NCBI GenBank assembly: GCA_947496375.1
Contig: CANMCY010000003.1
Location: 11,568-75,567 of the forward strand
DNA from: Flavobacteriales bacterium
GTDB taxonomy: Bacteria > Bacteroidota > Bacteroidia > NS11-12g > UBA955
DNA length: 64,000 bases
Direction: 5' to 3'
The notes beneath the pieces were generated by a model. It searched no databases, was not told the origin of the DNA, and saw only the letters and a program-made list of their open reading frames with translations. This document shows, one piece after another, positions 19,470 to 27,567 of the stretch; position 1 is the first letter of the stretch, and the number at the start of each line of letters is the position of its first letter. The position numbers were made by a program, and so were the translations under genes.

Positions 19470-19568
19470 ATTTAGTTAATATTATTAACCTAATTAAGAA
19501 ATAACAAAACATATTAAAATTGAAAACACACAGATAAAATCGCAACAGTAATGCTGTGCAGTTAACCG

Positions 19569-19576
19569 TAACTTTG
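19569..19576 (+). promoter_or_regulatory. Candidate -7 promoter box TAACTTTG
   Basis: Exact TAnnTTTG match, only 2 nt upstream of the ATG at 19579. This geometry implies a leaderless mRNA or a slightly downstream start codon. Confidence 0.35.
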
Positions 19577-19578
19577 CC

Positions 19579-20250
19579 ATGTTGGAACCAACCGTACTCT
19601 TTGAAGACAATCACCTAATTGCCGTTAACAAACCGGCTGGGCTGGCTGTGCAGGGAGATATTACCGGAGATGTGCACCTACTGGACATCGTTTCAGACTA
19701 CCTCGCAACCAAATACCATAAGCCGGGAAAGGCCTTTGTTGGCCTGATACATCGCCTGGACCGACCTGTAAGCGGTGTGGTATTACTGGCCCGAACCTCA
19801 AAAGCCCTGGCTCGTATGAATGAACAGTTCCGCGATAAAACCACCCAAAAAAACTATCGGGCACTGGTAAAACAATTGCCACCAAAAAATTCAGATACCC
19901 TCATCCATTACCTGGGAAAAGACAGTAAAACCCACCGCGCACTTACCTACCTGAAACCGAAAGCCGGTGCAAAGGAGGCCGTTTTGCAGTACGAGTTGCT
20001 GAAACACGCGCATGAAGGTTATCTGCTCGACATAAAACTGGAAACCGGTCGCTTTCACCAAATTCGTGCTCAGCTTGCCAAATCCGGCATGCCCATTTTG
20101 GGCGATGTAAAATATGGAGCCGGCACTCCCCTGCCCGACAGGAGTATTGCCCTGCATGCCTTTTCACTGGAATTTAACCACCCGGTTACGGCCGAAAGAA
20201 TCTGCATTAACGCACCCTACCCAAAACAACCCTGGTGGAAAGGTTGCTAG
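19579..20250 (+). CDS. RluA-family pseudouridine synthase
   Basis: Catalytic block GLIHRLDRPVSGVVLLART and C-terminal GRFHQIRAQLA. Confidence 0.85.
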   Translation: MLEPTVLFEDNHLIAVNKPAGLAVQGDITGDVHLLDIVSDYLATKYHKPGKAFVGLIHRLDRPVSGVVLLARTSKALARMNEQFRDKTTQKNYRALVKQLPPKNSDTLIHYLGKDSKTHRALTYLKPKAGAKEAVLQYELLKHAHEGYLLDIKLETGRFHQIRAQLAKSGMPILGDVKYGAGTPLPDRSIALHAFSLEFNHPVTAERICINAPYPKQPWWKGC

Positions 20251-20588
20251 TATTGGATTTCCCGCAAAGGATCCCAGTATAATCGCTCAAAATCAACAAC
20301 CCTGTCATGTTCAATCCTCACACCCTCTGCCTCCAGCAGTCGTTGCATGGCTTTTTCATCCCCAAAATGGGCCTTCCCTGTCAACATTCCTAAACGATTC
20401 ACCACCCTATGCGCCGGTACCGGGATTTCAAGTCCGTGACTGTTGTTCATAGCCCACCCCACCATACGGCTGCTTCTGCCGGTTCCCAGATACCTTGCTA
20501 TGGCTCCATAGGATGTAACCCTTCCACACGGAATGAGCCGCACAACTGCATATACATCCTCAAAAAAATCATTTTTATCGCGATTCAT
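20247..20588 (-). CDS. Alkyltransferase-like (ATL) protein: MGMT DNA-binding domain without the acceptor cysteine
   Basis: IPCGRVTSYGAIARYLG...VPAHRVVN: the canonical P-C-H-R active site reads P-A-H-R. The start is placed at ATG 20588; the track start at 20621 is a TTG. Confidence 0.75.
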   Translation of the reverse strand: MNRDKNDFFEDVYAVVRLIPCGRVTSYGAIARYLGTGRSSRMVGWAMNNSHGLEIPVPAHRVVNRLGMLTGKAHFGDEKAMQRLLEAEGVRIEHDRVVDFERLYWDPLREIQY

Positions 20589-20645
20589 CGCAGAGTTGGA
20601 GTTTTGGAACAAAATTTGCAAATTATTTGTTCAATTGCAAATCCC

Positions 20646-22184
20646 ATGAGAATGCTAAGAACCCTCACCCTTTTTTCAGTGCTTGCAGGCACCGCATCCC
20701 TGACCGCGCAAATCACACCCTATCAGCGCACTGCACCGGTGAAGATAAACAATATCGGCGTTTACCCTAAACTCACCAATACCAAAAACTGGGATGGACG
20801 TGAGGCCGGAACATACAGTTTGCGTTTTAAAATCCGGGGATTGAAACCCGGGGATACTGCCTACATCGCAGATTATTACCTCGACAACAAATACCTGCGC
20901 GACACCGCAGTCGTTGACAAGAAAGGGTTAATCTCATTCACCGGAAACAAGAAACTTCAGCGGGGTATGTACCTGTTTGTTATGCCCAAAAAAGCTGACT
21001 TTTTCGAGTTCATCGTAGATGATGACCAGGATTTTACCATCAGCACCGATACACAGTTCTGGAAACGCGAATACTACAAAACCATGAAAGTGGAGGGATC
21101 TGACCAAAATGCGGCGTTCGCTGCCTACCAGAATGGACGCGTTGACCTCGGTATCGAAATTGCCAAGCTTGATGAACGCATTAAAGGCGAAACCGACGAA
21201 ACCGCCAAAAAATTGTTGGAAACCAAACAAAAATCCCTGTACGAAAAGAAAGAAAACTATGACAAGGATTACATTGCTGCCCATCCCGACCACCTGCTCT
21301 CACGCTTCCTTTATGCCATGATGGATGTGGACGTTCCCAGCGAATTACCCGCAAAACCCGATGGCACCAAAGACAGCTCATTTCCCTACAACTATTACAA
21401 AGCCCATTATTGGGATCATGTGGATTTTGGCGAAGACGGACTGGTGCGCATGCCCGTAAATTTTATCAAGCAAAAACTGAATTTCTATTTCGATAAACTG
21501 GTGAGCCCGGATCCGGATAGCTGCATTAAAGAATGCAACATCATTCTGGACAAAGTAAAAAACACCATCGATATGGAGCACTTTGTCATTTACCATCTCA
21601 CCTACAAATTTGAAACCAGTAAGATTATGGGTCAGGATGCGGTTTTTGTGAATCTGGCAGTCAATAATTATTGCACAGGAAAAGCATGGTGGACCGACAG
21701 CACAACCATCGAAAAAATGTGTGAAGCCGCCGTACGTAAATCATCAACCCTGGTTGGAAGAATTGCTCCCCCGCTGGAACTGCTAACCCCCGACAGCACA
21801 TGGGTGAGTACCGCTTCTGTGAATGCACCCTACACCCTGATGATTTTCTGGGACCCAACCTGTGGTCATTGCAAAGAAGTGATGCCCAAACTGGCGAAAG
21901 TGTATGAAAAAAATAAAGACAAGGGCTGGAAGGTGATTGCACTGGCAAGCAGCGATAAAAAAGCCGAATGGCTGCAATACATCGCTGAACATCCCGAAGT
22001 GAAAGAGTTTGTACACCTGAGAAGAGGAATCGTGCGTTCTGAGGAAATGGCCCACAACATGCAGTCATATTACATCGTAGCCAACCCTACCATCTTTGTT
22101 CTGGACAAGAACAAGAAAATACTGGCCAACCGTATAGACAGCGAAAAAATCGAAGAGTTTATCGGCCACTTCGATAAGGATTAA
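20646..22184 (+). CDS. Thioredoxin-fold (TlpA/AhpC-TSA-like) thiol:disulfide oxidoreductase with long N-terminal domain
   Basis: Signal peptide MRMLRTLTLFSVLAGTASLTAQ. The C-terminal redoxin domain is YTLMIFWDPTCGHCKEVMPKL (CxxC). I placed the start at 20646. The track start at 20409 runs antisense through the ATL gene. Confidence 0.75.
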   Translation: MRMLRTLTLFSVLAGTASLTAQITPYQRTAPVKINNIGVYPKLTNTKNWDGREAGTYSLRFKIRGLKPGDTAYIADYYLDNKYLRDTAVVDKKGLISFTGNKKLQRGMYLFVMPKKADFFEFIVDDDQDFTISTDTQFWKREYYKTMKVEGSDQNAAFAAYQNGRVDLGIEIAKLDERIKGETDETAKKLLETKQKSLYEKKENYDKDYIAAHPDHLLSRFLYAMMDVDVPSELPAKPDGTKDSSFPYNYYKAHYWDHVDFGEDGLVRMPVNFIKQKLNFYFDKLVSPDPDSCIKECNIILDKVKNTIDMEHFVIYHLTYKFETSKIMGQDAVFVNLAVNNYCTGKAWWTDSTTIEKMCEAAVRKSSTLVGRIAPPLELLTPDSTWVSTASVNAPYTLMIFWDPTCGHCKEVMPKLAKVYEKNKDKGWKVIALASSDKKAEWLQYIAEHPEVKEFVHLRRGIVRSEEMAHNMQSYYIVANPTIFVLDKNKKILANRIDSEKIEEFIGHFDKD

Positions 22185-22214
22185 GCCCTATTTGATTATA
22201 CAAGGAGGTATTAG

Positions 22215-22829
22215 TTACTTTCTGAACCACTTTTTGGTATCACGATACATGGTTCCGGTGAAGTAGGTGAGTCCATACGACCAGTAAGGTCCGGTAAATC
22301 CTGTAGTCTGCAAACCTGACAGACGCACACCTACACCGGCATAAAAACCAAAATAGCGCAGAAACCTGACGGTACCACCAATACCGGCCTCTACCGGAAT
22401 GATGGTTCCAATGTTGGCTCTTTTAATATCAGCTCCACTTTTACGGTATTCCCAACCATTCCCTATGCCGGCCTGTAAGGAAGTTACGACCTCAAACCGC
22501 CAGCTCTGATGAACATAGTATTCCAGGGTAGAACTAATGTATTCAAAGCCCTGATTGAGCGTATCTTTTTCCAGACTCTGCAATAAACGACTATTGTAAT
22601 AACCGGTCCAGACGGCGGTCTTACCAAAATCCAGACCATAACGCAAACCATTCACATCCACCGGCACTCCGCCCATAATAGACTTGCGACTGTCGAAACC
22701 CACACGCAATCCGGGCGTTTTCATAAAGGAAAGCCTGACCGTATCCACAGGATTCCACCTGATACGGGCAGTATCCTGGGCATGCAGACTTAGCGCAATC
22801 ATGCACAACGGGTAAAAAACTATGCGCAC
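22215..22829 (-). CDS. Hypothetical outer-membrane protein
   Basis: Signal peptide CMIALSLHAQ and a Gly/aromatic-rich beta pattern (GFYAGVGVRL, YWSYGLTYF). No family recognised. Confidence 0.5.
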   Translation of the reverse strand: MRIVFYPLCMIALSLHAQDTARIRWNPVDTVRLSFMKTPGLRVGFDSRKSIMGGVPVDVNGLRYGLDFGKTAVWTGYYNSRLLQSLEKDTLNQGFEYISSTLEYYVHQSWRFEVVTSLQAGIGNGWEYRKSGADIKRANIGTIIPVEAGIGGTVRFLRYFGFYAGVGVRLSGLQTTGFTGPYWSYGLTYFTGTMYRDTKKWFRK

Positions 22830-22932
22830 GCAGCGAAGTTAGGGGTAGTTTCCGGAATATTTATTTTCAATGTTCCGGCAGATGTTAATAAGCGCCCCCA
22901 GCCACAAAATTTACCCTATTTTCGCATTAAGC

Positions 22933-24861
22933 ATGTCGTTTCCCTACCAGATAAAAACCCTTGACCAGTATCACAATGCCTACCGTCAAAGTCGCGAAGA
23001 AACTGAATCTTTCTGGGCAGGCATTGCTTCACATTTCACCTGGCACAAACCCTGGCACAATGTGGTGCAATCAGACTTCCATTCCGCCACCCAGCGATGG
23101 TTTGAAGGCGGTAAACTGAACATTACGGAAAATTGTTTGGATCGCTACGCGGCCACCCAGCCCGATACAACCGCCATTCTGTGGGAACCGAACAACCCCG
23201 CTGAGCCCGCCATTACTTATACGTACTCCCAGCTTTTGGCCGAGGTGATGCTGTTTGCCAATGTGCTGAAACACCGCGGTATCGGCAAGGGCGAAAGGGT
23301 GTGCATATACATGGGTATGGTGCCCGAACTGGCCATAGCCGTGCTCGCCTGTGCCCGCATCGGTGCCATTCACTCCGTCATTTTTGGCGGGTTCAGCGCA
23401 CAAAGCATTGCTGATCGCATTTTAGATGCAGGGGCATGCGCTGTAATTACCTGCGACGGGGCCTTCAGAGGAGCCAAAACCATACCCCTCAAGGAAGTGG
23501 TGGACGAAGCCCTGTTAACCTGCCCTTCGGTTCATACCACATGGATTTTGAAACGCACCCATACCCCTGTGAGCATGCAGGCGGGTCGGGATTTTGACTG
23601 GCACACCGAGACCGAAGCCATGAAAAGAAATGGTCATACAGATTGTGCTGCCGAAAGTATGGACTCAGAAGACCCCCTGTTTATTCTCTACACCTCCGGT
23701 TCCACCGGTAAACCCAAGGGAGTGGTCCACACCACTGCCGGCTATATGGTATGGGCGCATTACACATTTGTAAACGTATTTCAGTACCAGCCCTCGCAAA
23801 TCCATTTCTGCACTGCAGACATCGGTTGGATTACCGGCCATAGCTATATTGTGTATGGTCCGCTTAGTGCCGGAGCCACCACCCTTATGTTTGAAGGCAT
23901 CCCTACATGGCCCGATGCAGGTCGTTTCTGGGATATTGTTCAAAAACACCGTGTTAACATTCTGTATACTGCACCTACCGCCATCCGCAGTCTCATGGCT
24001 TTTGGCGAAGAGCCCATTCAAAACAAGGACCTGAGTAGCTTGGAAGTGCTGGGCACCGTGGGCGAACCCATCAATGCCGAGGCATGGCACTGGTATGATA
24101 AAAATATCGGCAAAGGGAAAGCGCCAATCGTTGATACCTGGTGGCAAACCGAAACAGGGGGTATTATGATCAGTAACCTGGCGGGTGTTACTGAAGCCAA
24201 ACCCACCTTTGCCACCCTGCCCCTACCGGGCGTTTTTCCTGCACTGCTGGATGAAAATGGCTGTGAATTGGAGGGAAACGCCGTATCGGGCAATCTGTGC
24301 ATTAAACAATCCTGGCCGGGGGCAATACGCAGCACCTGGGGCGATCATGAGCGTTGCAGACAAACCTATTTCTCTGCTTATCCGGGGTTGTATTTTACGG
24401 GTGATGGCTGCCTGCGCGATGAACAGGGCCACTACCGCATCACGGGGCGTGTGGATGATGTACTGAATGTATCGGGGCACCGCATTGGCACTGCCGAAGT
24501 GGAAAACGCCATCAACATGCACAGCGGTGTGGTAGAAAGCGCGGTGGTGGGCTTCCCTCACGATGTGAAGGGACAAGGCATTTATGCCTTTGTGATTTGC
24601 GAGAGCATGCCCGCAAACCCCAATGAAATACACAGCGATATCTTACAAACCGTAACCCGGGTGATTGGCCCCATTGCCAAACCCGACCAGATTCAATTTG
24701 TGAGTGGGCTACCCAAAACCCGCAGCGGTAAAATCATGCGGCGCATTTTGCGCAAAATCGCCGAAGGCGAAACCGAAAACCTGGGCGACACCACCACATT
24801 GCTTGATCCCGGCGTGGTAGAAGAGATTTTGAAAGGAAAAATCATGATAAATTCACTTTAA
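22933..24861 (+). CDS. acs: Acetyl-CoA synthetase (AMP-forming)
   Basis: MSFPYQIKTLDQYHNAYRQS, AMP-binding motif LYTSGSTGKPKGV, and TWWQTETGG, YFTGD, LPKTRSGKIMRR. Confidence 0.95.
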   Translation: MSFPYQIKTLDQYHNAYRQSREETESFWAGIASHFTWHKPWHNVVQSDFHSATQRWFEGGKLNITENCLDRYAATQPDTTAILWEPNNPAEPAITYTYSQLLAEVMLFANVLKHRGIGKGERVCIYMGMVPELAIAVLACARIGAIHSVIFGGFSAQSIADRILDAGACAVITCDGAFRGAKTIPLKEVVDEALLTCPSVHTTWILKRTHTPVSMQAGRDFDWHTETEAMKRNGHTDCAAESMDSEDPLFILYTSGSTGKPKGVVHTTAGYMVWAHYTFVNVFQYQPSQIHFCTADIGWITGHSYIVYGPLSAGATTLMFEGIPTWPDAGRFWDIVQKHRVNILYTAPTAIRSLMAFGEEPIQNKDLSSLEVLGTVGEPINAEAWHWYDKNIGKGKAPIVDTWWQTETGGIMISNLAGVTEAKPTFATLPLPGVFPALLDENGCELEGNAVSGNLCIKQSWPGAIRSTWGDHERCRQTYFSAYPGLYFTGDGCLRDEQGHYRITGRVDDVLNVSGHRIGTAEVENAINMHSGVVESAVVGFPHDVKGQGIYAFVICESMPANPNEIHSDILQTVTRVIGPIAKPDQIQFVSGLPKTRSGKIMRRILRKIAEGETENLGDTTTLLDPGVVEEILKGKIMINSL

Positions 24862-25013
24862 AAGAAATTTTTTACATTTGTTTTTATTTTCAAATTAAAC
24901 CCTTAGATACAAAAACTAATAATGAGTTCAATAATTGAAATACTTTATGTTTTTTAAACATAAATATTGTTTTTAGGAAGGGACCATTCCGCACATAATA
25001 CACATATTTTTTT

Positions 25014-25403
25014 ATGAGTAATAATTTAACTATTTATATATCTATTAAAATCAGTTTTCTCGATAAAGAATTGGCAGAAATTGCAGCTCAAGACGGAATT
25101 GGAGCTATTGTATCAACGGAAAATGTTTTTTTGGTTATCCCTGATAAAAATCGTCCAGAATTATTTATGAATTGCATAAAGAAATTTAAATTTAGTACAT
25201 TAAATAAATTCAGTGAATCAAAAGAAGTAAATTCAATGTTATTACCAATTGATGTTGATTATGTGGATGAAAAAGCAATAAAATGGATTTTCTCATTTAT
25301 TGAATTTGCAGAGGAACCACGTGATAAAACACATTATATAGTTACTAATATACAACGTAGTTTTGACAGTCTAAATACTGGTATTCAGAAATTCGAGGTT
25401 TGA
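25014..25403 (+). CDS. Orphan hypothetical protein in an AT-rich islet
   Basis: 129-aa ORF with no signal peptide and no motif I recognise. Composition is sharply AT-rich compared with its neighbours: my hand count is 12 G+C in the 60 nt at 25021-25080, against 35 in the 60 nt at 24421-24480 inside acs. Confidence 0.4.
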   Translation: MSNNLTIYISIKISFLDKELAEIAAQDGIGAIVSTENVFLVIPDKNRPELFMNCIKKFKFSTLNKFSESKEVNSMLLPIDVDYVDEKAIKWIFSFIEFAEEPRDKTHYIVTNIQRSFDSLNTGIQKFEV

Positions 25404-25450
25404 AGATTGGCTTAACATTATTGGATGAAGTCTATGCTGCCAAAAGACTT

Positions 25451-25529
25451 AGCTCCCCGAAGTCTCCTGACTTTGGGCACAAAAGGCCTTGTCGTCCTGA
25501 GCCTGTCGAAGGGGGACAAGGCCTTGCCT
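25451..25529. repeat. Hairpin-containing intergenic repeat, copy 1
   Basis: agctccccgaagtctcctgactttgggcacaaaaggccttgtcgtcctgagcctgtcgaagggggacaaggccttgcct. It contains the 11-bp inverted repeat aaggccttgtc/gacaaggcctt. Confidence 0.85.
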
Positions 25530-25550
25530 TTCCATCACACTGCCTATTCC

Positions 25551-25630
25551 AGCTGCCCGAAGTCTCCCAACTCCGGGCACAAAAGGCCTTGTCATCCTGA
25601 GCTTGTCGAAGGGGGACAAGGCCTTGCCTA
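25551..25630. repeat. Hairpin-containing intergenic repeat, copy 2 (exactly 100 bp after copy 1)
   Basis: agctgcccgaagtctcccaactccgggcacaaaaggccttgtcatcctgagcttgtcgaagggggacaaggccttgccta. It ends 8 nt before the stop of the GIY-YIG gene. Confidence 0.85.
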
Positions 25631-25637
25631 TTGTTAT

Positions 25638-25922
25638 TTATTTACTTTTTGAATTTTCCTTTAACGCCTTCAGGTTCCCCGCAATCAGCGCCTCTTTTTT
25701 CACCCTCGACCAACCTTTAATTTGCTTTTCTCTAGCAATGGCATCCCATACCCATTGGTAGCTCTCGTAATAAAGTAACTTAACAGGACGTCTAGAGTAT
25801 GTATATGACTTAATCCATTCACCCTCTTGATGTTGACGAATGCGATCGTCCAAATTAGATGTTAATCCGGTATAATAACTTGCATCAGCACATTTCAGAA
25901 TATAAACACAATAAGTCTTCAT
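25638..25922 (-). CDS. Small GIY-YIG nuclease-domain protein (UPF0213/YhbQ-like)
   Basis: CVYILKCADASYYTGLTSNLDDRIRQHQEG...YYESY....AIAREKQIKGWSR matches the GIY...YIG...R...E...N-type core. It is only 94 aa, with no extra DNA-binding domain. Confidence 0.85.
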   Translation of the reverse strand: MKTYCVYILKCADASYYTGLTSNLDDRIRQHQEGEWIKSYTYSRRPVKLLYYESYQWVWDAIAREKQIKGWSRVKKEALIAGNLKALKENSKSK

Positions 25923-26000
25923 AATTTAATTAAATATAATCTACAATTATAGTGAATTATTATCTTTATTAAGGTATAATATAAAATGTAACAGCTGCCT

Positions 26001-26022
26001 GCTTCGACAAGCTCAGCATGAC
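26001..26022. repeat. Inverted partial copy of the repeat core
   Basis: gcttcgacaagctcagcatgac is the reverse complement (20 of 22 positions) of the core gtcatcctgagcttgtcgaagg found in copies 1-3. Confidence 0.7.
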
Positions 26023-26041
26023 AACCGTTACATTTTAAGGC

Positions 26042-26122
26042 CAGCAGCCCGAGGCCACCCAACTCCGGGCACAAAAGGCCTTGTCATCCTGAGCTTGTCG
26101 AAGGGGGACAAGGCCTTGCCTA
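26042..26122. repeat. Hairpin-containing intergenic repeat, copy 3 (abuts and includes the mnmE stop codon)
   Basis: The last 58 nt are identical to copy 2 (ccaactccgggcacaaaaggccttgtcatcctgagcttgtcgaagggggacaaggccttgccta). Its final cta is the reverse-strand TAG of mnmE. Confidence 0.85.
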
Positions 26123-27502
26123 TTTACCGATACAAAACTTGCTAAATATGCTATCCAAAAGGTCATCCGTGGTGATTTCACCCGTAACCTCACCCAGCGC
26201 TGCCAGCGCCTCCCGCAGGTCAAATGCCAGCAATTCTTTGGATATGCCACTTTCAATGGCCCCTATTACGCGTTGCAATGCCTTCTCTGCGGTTAAGAAT
26301 GCGTGGAAGTGCCGTTGATTGGTTATAAGCGTTTGATCGCCTGATACGGGCTCAAAAGCTGTATTTTCATATAAAAACAATCTCAATGCATGTCTGTCTT
26401 CGACTATTTTACCGGATACCGCCAGAAATCCACCCGCACCCCCTGCCATCGCAGCAGCACCCCATGCCTCTGAACCCCATTCACCGGGCAAATCGCGCTT
26501 ATTACCCAACACCAGCAGGTGCTGTGTTTTGCCGGCCAGGGCCTTCAAATCCTCAGTCAGCACATCCGGGTTACTTTCTGCCATATCTGCCACATACAGT
26601 GTCATAGCACCGCCCTCCAAGTATTTATAGGTACGTTCTATCCCCAGCTTCTCAATGGTATCTGTGGCCTCGCGTATGCCGGCCGTATCAATCAGCCGAA
26701 AACGCAGCCCTTCTATCGTGATAATATCCTCCAGTGCATCACGCGTGGTACCGGCTATCTCTGACACAATGGCTCTGTCCTCTTGCAACAGCAAATTAAA
26801 CAACGTGCTTTTACCGGCATTGGGCCTGCCTGCCAAAACTACCTGCACCCCTTCTTTTACCGCATTGCCCTGGGCAAATGTCTGCAACAGCATCTGCACC
26901 TTCTGCAATGTTTCATTCAGGGAACGCATCAGTTCATCACGCTTGGCAAATTCCACATCTTCCTCACTGAAATCCAGTTCCAATTCAATCAATCCGGCAA
27001 AGTCAATCAGTCGGGTTCTTAACACGGCTATCTCAGATGAAATGCCACCCCTTAGTTGCCCCATAGCTGCCTGATGAGAGGCCGCAGATTCAGAGGAAAT
27101 AACATCCGCCACCGCTTCGGCCTGCGCCAGGTCAAGTTTTCCATTTAAAAATGCCCTTAGCGTAAACTCTCCCGGTTCTGCAGGTCTCGCTCCCGCTGTG
27201 CAAAGTGCCTGAATCAACCTATCCACAATATACGGCGAGCCATGAGTACTGATCTCTACCGTATCGTCACCTGTGTAACCGGTGGGTGCCCTGAAAACGG
27301 TAAGCAATGCTTCATCCACTATACCCTGTTCATCCCGGATAGCCCTAAAATGAACAGTATGGCTGGGCACATCCCGGATACTTTTTTTCAGCAATCCATC
27401 CATGAGTTCTATGCAGCCGTGCCCACTTACGCGCACCACTGCTACAGCACCAACCCCTGCCGGAGTGGCCCTGGCTACAATGATATCCTGCCTTGAAAAC
27501 AC
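26120..27502 (-). CDS. mnmE: tRNA uridine-5-carboxymethylaminomethyl modification GTPase
   Basis: N-terminal DIIVARATPAGVGAVAVVRVSG, G-domain GRPNAGKST / DTAGIRE / NKRD, and the diagnostic C-terminal FCIGK. The start is GTG. Confidence 0.95.
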   Translation of the reverse strand: MFSRQDIIVARATPAGVGAVAVVRVSGHGCIELMDGLLKKSIRDVPSHTVHFRAIRDEQGIVDEALLTVFRAPTGYTGDDTVEISTHGSPYIVDRLIQALCTAGARPAEPGEFTLRAFLNGKLDLAQAEAVADVISSESAASHQAAMGQLRGGISSEIAVLRTRLIDFAGLIELELDFSEEDVEFAKRDELMRSLNETLQKVQMLLQTFAQGNAVKEGVQVVLAGRPNAGKSTLFNLLLQEDRAIVSEIAGTTRDALEDIITIEGLRFRLIDTAGIREATDTIEKLGIERTYKYLEGGAMTLYVADMAESNPDVLTEDLKALAGKTQHLLVLGNKRDLPGEWGSEAWGAAAMAGGAGGFLAVSGKIVEDRHALRLFLYENTAFEPVSGDQTLITNQRHFHAFLTAEKALQRVIGAIESGISKELLAFDLREALAALGEVTGEITTDDLLDSIFSKFCIGK

Positions 27503-27520
27503 TGCTGCAAAGGTACAAAC

Positions 27521-27550
27521 AAAAAGCCCCGACCAATGGCCGGGGCTTTT
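27521..27550 (-). terminator. Rho-independent terminator after the giant CHU_C gene
   Basis: aaaaAGCCCCGACCaatGGCCGGGGCTttt forms a 10-bp stem with one mismatch and a 3-nt loop. It is flanked by an A-run and a T-run, so it could work in both directions. It lies 17 nt past the stop at 27568. Confidence 0.6.
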
Positions 27551-27567
27551 ATGGATTTACGATTTTA

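Noticed and set aside
24944-24964. Inverted repeat TTTATGTTT-ttt-AAACATAAA downstream of acs
   Set aside because: It is an all-A/T 9-bp stem in a very AT-rich spacer, 83 nt after the stop and with no adjacent T-run beyond the loop. It is too weak to call a terminator.
25451-25630. Possible CRISPR array (regularly spaced repeats, 100-bp period)
   Set aside because: There are only two tandem units. The repeats are ~80 bp long with ~20-bp gaps, the opposite of CRISPR proportions. A third copy lies 400 bp away across a gene, and no cas genes are present.
25400-25652. Track ORFs 25400-25600 (66 aa) and 25425-25652 (75 aa)
   Set aside because: Both are translations straight through the tandem hairpin repeats, and the same peptide (...GHKRPC.PE.VEGGQGLA) appears once per repeat copy. 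There is no independent coding signal. I treat them as repeat artefacts.
26035-26256. Track ORF 26035-26256 (-, 73 aa)
   Set aside because: It reads through repeat copy 3 (...LRQAQDDKAF...) and overlaps the 3' end of mnmE out of frame. It is an artefact of the repeat.
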